From an uncultured Syntrophales bacterium (lineage in GTDB: Bacteria > Desulfobacterota > Syntrophia > Syntrophales > Smithellaceae), in NCBI GenBank assembly GCA_964470015.1, contig CAYYBK010000001.1, positions 1-42,933 of the forward strand: a DNA stretch of 42,933 bases, written 5' to 3'. This document shows positions 35,069-42,933 of this stretch, one piece after another (the stretch's first letter is position 1; every line of letters starts with the position of its first letter). A program made the position numbers and the translations under genes. The notes under the pieces were generated by a model. That model was not told where the DNA came from. It did not search any database and saw nothing but the letters and a program-made list of their open reading frames with translations.

Positions 35069-36256
35069 TTATCTGTTGCCGGCATTAAAATTATTTTCCG
35101 GACAATTAGTGAACAAAACGTTCCGGTTTCGTCTTCGCCCTTCCGGCGTATTATTATCGGCTACCGGACGGGAAAAACCAGCGCCATGAATAATCAGCCG
35201 CTGCGGATCAATGCCGAATTTTTCCACGAGGTAGGCAGCGGCACTTGCTGCACGGCGGGCAGACAGATCCATATTATATTCCGCCGATCCCAGATTATCC
35301 GTATGACCGGTAATATGCAGCTTCGTATCGTTATATTTCAGCAGGAAGTCGGCGGCCGTCCGCAGAGCATCCCGGTAATCATCAGCGATAATCGTTGAAT
35401 CCGAATCAAATTCGATGCCGATACTGAAACAATTGGGAGAAGCGATGATTGTCCTTTGCTGCTTTTTTACCGTCTCCACCTTAACTGCCGACATCCGGGC
35501 AATTTTTTTGGAAGCCGGTTCTTTAGCTGCTTCCGCCAGCGCAATTTCGGCGGGATCGTTGCTGAAACACATATCTCCGATCATGCTTTCCGCCAGACTT
35601 TTCGTACGCTGCGAATTGATGTATATTTGCAATCCGGTGGTTGCACTTTGCGGTTCACCTCCGTTGATATCGGGAAAAAGCATTTTATAATCCTGATAAA
35701 CATTGCGCCTTTCCGTATACCACTGCTCAACGCCGTCCGTTTTATTTCTTAAGACTATATAACGTAACTTGTCACCTCCTATTTGGCTACTTCTCCCGCG
35801 CCATCCTTTGGGTGCGTTGTTGTCCCAAATATATCCGATCACCGGAGTATTCATTCCCAGTAATCCCGCCTCTTTAAAGGCTACATAAACCTGCAGGGCC
35901 TGATCGTCAGTGGAAGATTTGCGGACATCTCCGCCATTGGGCAGTTTGGTTACTTTCCAGCGCCAGCAGAGGATGGGAAATTTTGTGACATCAACTCTTG
36001 CCCCTTTGCGCACACCAAAAGAAGAATCGCCTGCGGAAACCAATCGCAGGTAGAAAGCATCGCCGTCCTTTTCCATAGTCATGACCGGACGGCCGGTTTT
36101 TTTCTCGAGTTGCCATCCTTCCGGGATGCCGCCGGGCAGCACCGGCGCAGTAAATTTCGTCACGGGGATAATGCCGGGATTGGCTGCACAGTCGCATGTG
36201 CAGAAAAGGGCAATGGTCAGCAAAAGTAAAAAAAGAACGGCGGAACAACTTCTCAT
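35069..36256 (-). CDS. secreted DUF3047-like domain fused to a C-terminal OmpA-like peptidoglycan-binding domain
   Basis: Signal peptide, then the DUF3047-like block FPILCWRWKV...DDQALQVYVAF. The OmpA_C motif ITGHTDNLGSAEYNMDLSARRAASAAAYL is present. The start forms an ATGA overlap with the pyrE stop. Confidence 0.7.
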   Translation of the reverse strand: MRSCSAVLFLLLLTIALFCTCDCAANPGIIPVTKFTAPVLPGGIPEGWQLEKKTGRPVMTMEKDGDAFYLRLVSAGDSSFGVRKGARVDVTKFPILCWRWKVTKLPNGGDVRKSSTDDQALQVYVAFKEAGLLGMNTPVIGYIWDNNAPKGWRGRSSQIGGDKLRYIVLRNKTDGVEQWYTERRNVYQDYKMLFPDINGGEPQSATTGLQIYINSQRTKSLAESMIGDMCFSNDPAEIALAEAAKEPASKKIARMSAVKVETVKKQQRTIIASPNCFSIGIEFDSDSTIIADDYRDALRTAADFLLKYNDTKLHITGHTDNLGSAEYNMDLSARRAASAAAYLVEKFGIDPQRLIIHGAGFSRPVADNNTPEGRRRNRNVLFTNCPENNFNAGNR

Positions 36257-36846
36257 CGTTGCGCCTTGGCATCCATTTTTCCGGCACGAACGGCCATGAT
36301 TTCGGTTCTCGTCAAAATTGATCTTATATTTTCGACGTGTTGACCGATATTTTCCCTGCCGCCTTCTTCGCGATCAATCAATGTTATAACGCCAGCGACC
36401 ACTAACCCGGCTTTACGCGCCTGCTCGATGGCCGCGATGGTTGAACCGCCCGTTGTGATAACATCATCAATGATCAACACCAGCTCCCCTGCTTGCACAT
36501 TACCTTCGATGGCGCTTTTGGTTCCATGATCCTTCACGTCCTTGCGGACAATAAAGGATTTAATCGGTTTACCTTTTTGATAGGAGATAACGGAAAGGGC
36601 ATTGGCGATGGGATCAGCTCCCAGCGTCAACCCCCCGGCCGCAGTGATATTCGCGTCCTTAACCATATCGAATATGACTGTGCCGATCAGGTTCATGCCT
36701 TCCGGATCAAGCGTTGTCGGTTTACAATTGAAATAATAATTGCTTTGCCGGCCGGAAGCCAGAGTAAAAGGCGGATTATCACTATACTTGAAGGACCTCT
36801 CCAATATTATTTCGGCCAGTCTTTCTTTCATTTCGCTAATCGTCAT
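36253..36846 (-). CDS. pyrE: orotate phosphoribosyltransferase
   Basis: PRPP-binding motif VLIIDDVITTGGS and an overall PyrE-like sequence. Confidence 0.9.
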   Translation of the reverse strand: MTISEMKERLAEIILERSFKYSDNPPFTLASGRQSNYYFNCKPTTLDPEGMNLIGTVIFDMVKDANITAAGGLTLGADPIANALSVISYQKGKPIKSFIVRKDVKDHGTKSAIEGNVQAGELVLIIDDVITTGGSTIAAIEQARKAGLVVAGVITLIDREEGGRENIGQHVENIRSILTRTEIMAVRAGKMDAKAQR

Positions 36847-36936
36847 AAGAATTCCTCCTCTCCAAGGTAGAAATTACAGCTGCTGTATGCCCGGGTATCG
36901 ATGCCGCCGCTCGTGTCTTTATGATTTGAACGTCCG

Positions 36937-37650
36937 TCATGATTGCGAATTATCATCATGCAAAATAAACTTTATAGGAAGCTCCACCCAGACGGTAAAT
37001 GGTTTTCCTCCTCTTTTTGCCGGTTCAAACTTCCAGGGTTTTACCGCCTCCATAGCCGACTGGTCCAGAACGTCATGTCCTGAAGATTTTTTTATTCTCA
37101 TATTTCCCACGCAGCCATCCGGCAATACTTCCGCCACCACCAGAACGATGCCCTCATAACCGCGCATCCTTGCCACTGCCGGGTAAGCCGGCGGCAAATT
37201 TTCCCGGTAAAGCGGAAATGCTTCAGCCACAGCAGGAAAGGCTAGGCTCGCAGCTGGCACTGAAACGCTGTTTGAGAAGTTGTAACGATCTTCTTCTGCT
37301 CCTGGCGCAACAGGCGCATCATTCCCGGGGAGAACGGCGAACTGAGGAACATCAGCGCGTAAAGACGATCCAAACTGTTCCCGGCGGGTGGCTATATTTT
37401 CCGTCCTTTCTTTCGCGGTTATTTGTTTCTGCGTCTTTTGCGAAAAGATGGCAAATGGCCGCTGATCATTACCGGCAGTACCGTCATTAATCTTGGTTTC
37501 CAGCGTCACCCATACCATGTTCATTTTATCAAGCGCTTCCGGAACGCAGATATCACCCGGGGCTTTGTGCAGAAAGAAAACCACCGCGGCAATGTGTACC
37601 GCCAGGGAAAAGGCGACTGCAGATATCATGTTCCGTCTGGACTTACTCAT
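36937..37650 (-). CDS. TonB-family protein (energy transducer C-terminal domain)
   Basis: N-terminal TM anchor and a C-terminal TonB_C-like segment YPAVARMRGYEGIVLVVAEV...GKPFTVWVELPIKF. No exbBD genes are nearby. Confidence 0.65.
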   Translation of the reverse strand: MSKSRRNMISAVAFSLAVHIAAVVFFLHKAPGDICVPEALDKMNMVWVTLETKINDGTAGNDQRPFAIFSQKTQKQITAKERTENIATRREQFGSSLRADVPQFAVLPGNDAPVAPGAEEDRYNFSNSVSVPAASLAFPAVAEAFPLYRENLPPAYPAVARMRGYEGIVLVVAEVLPDGCVGNMRIKKSSGHDVLDQSAMEAVKPWKFEPAKRGGKPFTVWVELPIKFILHDDNSQS

Positions 37651-37679
37651 TCCCGTTTATTTCCCCACGGATAACGCCC

Positions 37680-40082
37680 CTACTTTTTAATTAATTCTTC
37701 CACGACCCTGACCGCATCCACGCCGTCCTTGGCAAAAGCGGCCCCGAGGGAGCGGGCGTAAGATTCGGTAACGACGGCGCCGCCAAGGATGAAGCTTGCT
37801 TTTATTCCCTGGGCTTTCGCTGTGTCGATGACATCTTTCATATTCACCATCGTCGTCGTCATCAACGCCGAAAGGCCGATTACGTCGGGATTTTCCCTTT
37901 TGACGGCGGCAATAATTTCGCCGGTAGGCACATCCTTGCCCAAGTCGATAACAGCGTAGCCATAGTTCCGCATGAGCAAAGCAACAATATTTTTGCCTAT
38001 ATCGTGAATATCCCCTTTGACAGTCGCAATCAATATTTTACCCTTGTTGCCGGCGGCGGCTTTTTGTAAATACGGCTCCAGGTGGTGGAGCGCTTTTTTC
38101 ATTGCCTCCGCCGCAGCCATGAGCTGGGGCAGAAAATAAATTTTCTTTTCATATAAATTGCCGACGCGGATAATCGCCGGAATCATCACTTCATCAACAA
38201 TGACGGAAGCGGCAACGCCTTTGGCCAGCAGCGCTTCGATCAGAGGGACAATGCTTTCCCGATCGCCTTCCAGAATCGCACTGGCTAGTTTCTCCTGAGA
38301 TGAAAGTTCCCCGCCGCGGGCGGCAGCTTGTTCAATATTTTGCTTTTCGGAAAAATGTTCGATAAACTTCAAAGCCCCTTTTTCTTTCGCCGTCAGAACA
38401 TCCCCTGCTTTTTTTATATTTACGAACTCCGTGCTCGCCGGATTGGCAATGGCTACCGTCAAACCGCTCAACTGGGCCATCGCTAAAAACGCGGCATTAA
38501 GCCAGGGGCGCCCGGGCATGCCGAATGAAACGTTGGATAAACCGAAGATCGTACGGCTGCGAAACTTTTCCGTGCACCAGCGCAGTGTTCGCAACGTTTC
38601 CCTTGCCGCATAAGGATCGGAGGCAACCGCCATGACGAGACAATCAACAAGAAAGTCATCTTTGGTAAATCCTAGTTTGCGGGCTTCCCTGTAAATATTA
38701 TCAATAACAATCCGCCGTTTTTCAGAGGTATGCGGAATTTCACCTTCAGTAAGCGGCAACAGAATAAACATGGCACCGTATTTGGCCGCGAGTGGCAGAA
38801 GTCTGGCCATTTTTTCTTTTTCGCCGGAGATGGAGTTAATAAGCATTCTGCCGGGATAAATGCGCAACGCAGCCTCAATCGCTTCTATTTTTGCGGAATC
38901 CACCACCAGCGGCAGTTTTGTTGCTGCCGTCAGCACACCGATCGCCGCCTTGATTGTTGCCGCTTCATCGATACCGGGTTGTCCGACATTGACATCAAGC
39001 AAATCAGCACCCTGTTTTTCCTGCTCGAGCGCCATCTGGCGGATAATTGCCGTCTTACCTTCCAGTAATTCCTGCTGCAGAGCTTTTTTACCGGTGGGAT
39101 TGATCCGCTCACCGGCAATATAAAGCGGGTTTTCTCCTTCGAAAAGCAGGTAACTGCGCGATGAAGTCAAAGCACCCAGAGATTTTCTCACCGGTAAGAC
39201 CGGTCTGCTGCCAGCCAGGGCGTCCGCTAATTCCCGTATATGCTGCGGTGTCGTTCCGCAGCAGCCACCGATCATGTTTGCTCCGGCCGTTGCAAGTTTT
39301 GCGCCCCAGAGACCGAAGCTCCGGGCATCCATTTCAAAGACGGTCTTGCCGTTTTCCAGCCGCGGCACACCGGCATTGGGCTTGGCAATAAGCGGCACTT
39401 TGGCGTATGGTTTCATCAGATCTATGAATTCCAGCATTTTCTCCGGGCCGGTAGAGCAGTTGCAGCCGACGGCATCGGCTCCCATGCTTTGCAGCGTAAT
39501 CAGCGCGCTCACCGGGTCAGTGCCGTTTAGGGTATGTCCGTCTTTTTCATATGTCACGGAGGCAATGGTAAAGATATTTTCAGTTTCTTTAACCGCGAGG
39601 AGGGCGGCGCGGGTTTCCTGAATGTCAATCATCGTTTCAATGACAATAAGATCGCAACCGCCGTCAATCAAACCGCGCACCTGTTCCTTGTAAGCAGTTA
39701 CCGCCTCTTCAAAAGCAAGGGCACCGAACGGTTCAATAAATAAGCCTGTCGGACCGATATCACCGGCAACAAGTACTTTATTGCCGACGGCCTGCCTGGC
39801 CAAACGGACAAGTTCCCGGTTAATTTGATAGGTATTCTTTTCAGCACCGTACTGGGAAAGTTTAAAACGGTTGGCGCCAAATGTGCAGGAATAGATGATT
39901 TGCGCTTGTGCTTGCCGGTAGGAATCATGCACATCTTTAATGATTCCCGGATTTTCCAGGCACCACAATTCCGGACAGATTCCTGCCGGCAGACCTCTTT
40001 TCTGCAATTCAGTGCCGGTAGCACCATCCAGAATGACAATTCGTCTCTTCCATAAACCTTGTATTGCCGCGCTTTTACTCAT
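37680..40082 (-). CDS. metH: cobalamin-dependent methionine synthase, short form lacking the AdoMet reactivation domain
   Basis: Hcy-binding domain (ILDGATGTEL, GCNCS, GGCCGTTP), pterin-binding domain (GERINPTGKK), and a B12 cap plus Rossmann domain with DxHxxG (GDIHDIG) and SALMTTT. The protein ends directly after the B12 domain. Confidence 0.9.
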   Translation of the reverse strand: MSKSAAIQGLWKRRIVILDGATGTELQKRGLPAGICPELWCLENPGIIKDVHDSYRQAQAQIIYSCTFGANRFKLSQYGAEKNTYQINRELVRLARQAVGNKVLVAGDIGPTGLFIEPFGALAFEEAVTAYKEQVRGLIDGGCDLIVIETMIDIQETRAALLAVKETENIFTIASVTYEKDGHTLNGTDPVSALITLQSMGADAVGCNCSTGPEKMLEFIDLMKPYAKVPLIAKPNAGVPRLENGKTVFEMDARSFGLWGAKLATAGANMIGGCCGTTPQHIRELADALAGSRPVLPVRKSLGALTSSRSYLLFEGENPLYIAGERINPTGKKALQQELLEGKTAIIRQMALEQEKQGADLLDVNVGQPGIDEAATIKAAIGVLTAATKLPLVVDSAKIEAIEAALRIYPGRMLINSISGEKEKMARLLPLAAKYGAMFILLPLTEGEIPHTSEKRRIVIDNIYREARKLGFTKDDFLVDCLVMAVASDPYAARETLRTLRWCTEKFRSRTIFGLSNVSFGMPGRPWLNAAFLAMAQLSGLTVAIANPASTEFVNIKKAGDVLTAKEKGALKFIEHFSEKQNIEQAAARGGELSSQEKLASAILEGDRESIVPLIEALLAKGVAASVIVDEVMIPAIIRVGNLYEKKIYFLPQLMAAAEAMKKALHHLEPYLQKAAAGNKGKILIATVKGDIHDIGKNIVALLMRNYGYAVIDLGKDVPTGEIIAAVKRENPDVIGLSALMTTTMVNMKDVIDTAKAQGIKASFILGGAVVTESYARSLGAAFAKDGVDAVRVVEELIKK

Positions 40083-40220
40083 GAAATCACTCCTGTGTTA
40101 ATGGTTTACAGTTTTTGCACCTATATCATCTTTGCGCCAGGAAGTGGATTCTTTTTTAAAGATATCGGCGGAAAAAACATCTCCGGATTGCAGCGGGATA
40201 AAACCGTAAACAGCTGCGTA

Positions 40221-42521
40221 TCAGTTGCTTTCGAAAACATCCCTGATCTTCAGTGAAAGTTCCTCCATCAGAAACGGTTTTTGGATAAAAGACAGGCAAC
40301 CTTTGCCCATCATTTTCTTCACCTGCTCATTCATGACATAACCGGTAGAGAGCATTACTCTGACTTCCGGATCGATCAATTTCAGTGCATCAAAAGTCTC
40401 ATTGCCGGACAAACCGGGCATAATCATGTCCAAAATCACAAGATCAATAGCGCCCTTATTCATCTCATATATTTTCAGGGCTTCTTTACCGTTGCGGGCC
40501 TGCAGGACGTTATAACCTAAACTGTTCAGCATTTCACCGCATACATCAACAACGGATGCCTCGTCGTCAACAAGCAATATTGTTTCATTGCCTTTGATAA
40601 TTTTTTTTACGGGAACCGGTTCTTTCGCTATTTGCTTGGTAGAGGCCGGCAGATAAATGCTGAAATTTGTACCGCAGCCCAATTCGCTCATCACGTCGAT
40701 CATACCGCCATGTTCCTTAACGATACCGTAAGCGGAAGCCAGCCCTAATCCCACCCCGCGGCCTCTTTCCTTAGTGGTGAAAAACGGTTCAAAAATTCTC
40801 TGACGGGTTTCCTCATCCATGCCGCTGCCCGTATCGGTAATTGTAATCCGGATGTAATTTCCTTTGGGGATATTCAGTGGAAGAGCATCGACTTCATTCA
40901 GAGCAACATTATCCGTCTCTACATAAATATCCCCGCCGTCGTGCGGCATTGCCTGCCAGGCGTTGACATAAAGATTGATCAATACCTGCTCAATCTGGAC
41001 ACGATCCACTTCCACCGGCCAAATGTTTTTTTGATATTTCTGATGAATCATTATTTCTTTTTTTGTCCGGCCGAAAATATTAACCGTCTTCGCAACCAGT
41101 TCATTTAAATCGGTGGGCTTCAGTTCATACTGGCCGCCGCGGGCGAAGCCGAGCAGTTTAGCCGCCAGGTCGGCACCGCTTTGCACCAGCGATTGCATAT
41201 TATTCAGCTTGACAAAATCCGGATCATCTCGCCTGCGTGATAATAACATCAAAGAGATGTGCCCCTGAATGCCCATGAGCAGGTTGTTGAAATCATGTGC
41301 GATTCCCCCGGCCAGTGTGCCGATTGCTTCCATTTTCTGCGCCTGCAGCAACTGATTTTCCATCTGCTTGCGCCCCGTTATATCACGGGCATTAATGATT
41401 ATGCCTTTAATCGACGGATTGTCCAGGCAATTATTCCCCAAGGCTTCCAGATATATCCAGGAACCGTCTGTCTTTCGGAAACGAAATTTTTTAGGAATGC
41501 CGCTGTTTCGCCTGGCGACCACTTTCGTAAATTCATTTTGAACTTTTTGCAGGTCATCGGGATGAATGAACGCGAAACAGCTTTGGCCGGTCAATTCCGC
41601 ATCCCGATAACCGGTCAACCGGGTCAGGGACGGAGAAAGATACTGGAAAAGTCCTGCCTGATTAAAAACAGCAATTATGTCCAAAGAATTGCGCAAGAGT
41701 TCGTGCAACAATTCGCTGGATTTCCGCAAGGCCGCTTCCGCTTTTTTCAACCCCGTGATATCAATCATGGAAAGCAGAGTTTTTCTCGTACCCGGAATCA
41801 GGACGGACGTCATAAAAATATTTTTAAGATCTCCTGTTTTCGTTATCATTTGAAATTCATACTGCCGGGGAACACGGGATTTATCCTGCAGACGCAACTG
41901 CTGGTAATTTTTCAAGCGCTCAATGTCCTGCGGGGCAGCGAAATGCGACCAGTCAATTCCCTGGCCGACCACTTCCTCCCTGCTATAGCCGCTCAGTTTT
42001 TGCATCTCGTCATTGACCAACACCGTCCTGCTGTTTTCATCGGCAATGGCCATCGCCGTACCTGTGTTTTCAAAAATCGTCCGGTAGGTGTTTTCCGATT
42101 CCTGCAAAGCCCGCTGAATTCTTTTGCGTTCGGTTATATCGATGAGAAAGTTCAGCGTAGCCGGTCTTCCCTCCCACTCAAAGACATTGACGCGAATTTC
42201 AACAGGGATTAAATTGCCGTTTTTGTGCACAGCCGTGAAGTCGTATACGGATTCAAACTGCTCTCCCCGGAGCCGGCGCCGGTGGCTGGTCAAAACTTTT
42301 TCGGCATCGGCTGAATGAATGATGGCAGTAATGTCTTTGTTCAGCAGTTCTTCCTCGTCATCATACCCGAGCATTTCCAGCGTACGTTTATTAACATACT
42401 TAAGCAGCCCGTCCTGGCAGACCACGATAACATCGCGGATATTCTCCAGCATTCTCTTGTAAACCGTTAACCCGATTTTCTTCCCTTTTGCCATACTTTC
42501 CCGTGAAGACATTTTCTGCAT
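40221..42521 (-). CDS. hybrid sensor histidine kinase (multiple PAS domains + HisKA + HATPase + receiver)
   Basis: At least three PAS-like modules (for example YRTIFENTGTAMAIAD and LHELLRNSLDIIAVFN). H-box GGIAHDFNNLL, G-box DTGSGMD...GVGLGLA, and a C-terminal receiver domain with ILLVDDE...LVILDMIMPG. Confidence 0.85.
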   Translation of the reverse strand: MQKMSSRESMAKGKKIGLTVYKRMLENIRDVIVVCQDGLLKYVNKRTLEMLGYDDEEELLNKDITAIIHSADAEKVLTSHRRRLRGEQFESVYDFTAVHKNGNLIPVEIRVNVFEWEGRPATLNFLIDITERKRIQRALQESENTYRTIFENTGTAMAIADENSRTVLVNDEMQKLSGYSREEVVGQGIDWSHFAAPQDIERLKNYQQLRLQDKSRVPRQYEFQMITKTGDLKNIFMTSVLIPGTRKTLLSMIDITGLKKAEAALRKSSELLHELLRNSLDIIAVFNQAGLFQYLSPSLTRLTGYRDAELTGQSCFAFIHPDDLQKVQNEFTKVVARRNSGIPKKFRFRKTDGSWIYLEALGNNCLDNPSIKGIIINARDITGRKQMENQLLQAQKMEAIGTLAGGIAHDFNNLLMGIQGHISLMLLSRRRDDPDFVKLNNMQSLVQSGADLAAKLLGFARGGQYELKPTDLNELVAKTVNIFGRTKKEIMIHQKYQKNIWPVEVDRVQIEQVLINLYVNAWQAMPHDGGDIYVETDNVALNEVDALPLNIPKGNYIRITITDTGSGMDEETRQRIFEPFFTTKERGRGVGLGLASAYGIVKEHGGMIDVMSELGCGTNFSIYLPASTKQIAKEPVPVKKIIKGNETILLVDDEASVVDVCGEMLNSLGYNVLQARNGKEALKIYEMNKGAIDLVILDMIMPGLSGNETFDALKLIDPEVRVMLSTGYVMNEQVKKMMGKGCLSFIQKPFLMEELSLKIRDVFESN

Positions 42522-42529
42522 TTAATCTT

Positions 42530-42933
42530 TCACCCGCAGATTCCCGTTATCGCGGTGACAGATTTTTCCGGCTGCAGAATAAAGTTATGATTAATATTTA
42601 CACCTAATTTTTCCATCTGCAGATAGCGGTAGATATTTTTCTGGTTGGCCAGCTCAAAATCGGCATATCCCGCGGAAAATCTGCGGGGCAGAAGTTTTTT
42701 CCCCTCCCGGCGCATTTCCTGGTTTGCATAACCCATGATCCAATCCAGGGCGCTGTCGGCCATTTCGCTGGCGGTCGCATCATAAATAACCGCAGCAGCC
42801 AAATCGTCTTGTTTTGTTTTTTCGCGGATGATATCCAAAACAGCATTGCCTGCGGTTGCTCCCATCAGCAATGCACCCCGACAGTCGCGCAAAAAATCAC
42901 CAAGCTTGCCGCTGGCAAACACCAGGCCACCGG
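42530..42933 (-). CDS. stand-alone methionine synthase activation (AdoMet-binding) domain protein; partial, N-terminus beyond the window edge
   Basis: RRFSAGYADFELANQKNIYRYLQMEKLGVNINHNFILQPEKSVTAITGI parallels the RPAPGYPACPDH...SVSG region of the MetH reactivation domain. The frame is open to the window edge, and the GTG at 42922 is only the ORF-caller start. Confidence 0.7.
   Translation of the reverse strand, partial: GGLVFASGKLGDFLRDCRGALLMGATAGNAVLDIIREKTKQDDLAAAVIYDATASEMADSALDWIMGYANQEMRREGKKLLPRRFSAGYADFELANQKNIYRYLQMEKLGVNINHNFILQPEKSVTAITGICG

Noticed and set aside
40083-40220. Possible SAM, SAH or cobalamin riboswitch upstream of metH
   Set aside because: The 138-nt gap is too short and lacks the conserved cores I know (the SAM-I four-way junction motifs, the B12 box, and the SAH GCCGAGGAGCGC...). 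Only weak hairpins are present.
41259-42212. 317-aa ORF on the plus strand
   Set aside because: It is antisense to the PAS region of the hybrid histidine kinase, whose PAS, HisKA, HATPase and REC motifs are unambiguous. The product is low-complexity and Q/R/F-rich, and I recognise no family signature.
1-42933. Search for CRISPR arrays, tandem or long direct repeats, IS elements, integrases, tRNA/rRNA genes and defence-system signatures
   Set aside because: None was recognised by eye. There are no regularly spaced repeats, no transposase, recombinase or phage-like ORFs, and no GC-rich cloverleaf-like segments. The only paralogy noted is at protein level, between plsC and the acyltransferase domain of the tri-domain protein.

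Overview
This 42.9-kb window is a gene-dense chromosomal core segment with about 36 protein-coding genes. I can recognise no rRNA, tRNA, CRISPR array, transposase, integrase or phage gene. Gene content and order suggest an anaerobic Deltaproteobacteria/Desulfobacterota-type genome, which is inference only. The supporting clusters are rlmB-pyrF-rpoZ-gmk-yicC, ftsK-rimO, pgpA-cinA-thpR-recA-recX-alaS, a TRAP dctPQM operon, an ADP-forming acetyl-CoA synthetase, pyrE, and a short cobalamin MetH with a separate activation-domain gene. Most of the window is ordinary housekeeping, and I do not see a convincing self-contained novel multi-gene system or any defence-island signature. Seven things remain unexplained and worth a second look. 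(1) A roughly 1-kb ORF-free, AT-rich spacer at 16467-17516 holds a sigma54-type promoter for the TRAP operon, repeated short motifs, and a strong sigma70-type promoter. The -10 of that sigma70 promoter is overlapped by a GAAC-N4-GTTC (Gram-positive-type SOS box) palindrome, 2.7 kb upstream of recA and followed by a GC-rich structured leader. (2) A degenerate gene remnant with an in-frame TGA lies between alaS and a DUF1848 gene. (3) The DUF1848 protein carries a C-terminal CX3CX2C cluster. (4) An 843-aa protein fuses an acyl-AMP ligase, a carrier domain and a lysophospholipid acyltransferase. (5) A putative operon encodes a lipoprotein, a PreP-like M16C protease and a 68-aa four-Cys protein. 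(6) A PAS-rich hybrid histidine kinase sits between the MetH activation-domain gene and the core metH. (7) A DUF3047-OmpA fusion is translationally coupled to pyrE. All family assignments come from motif recognition by eye, and no database search was run.
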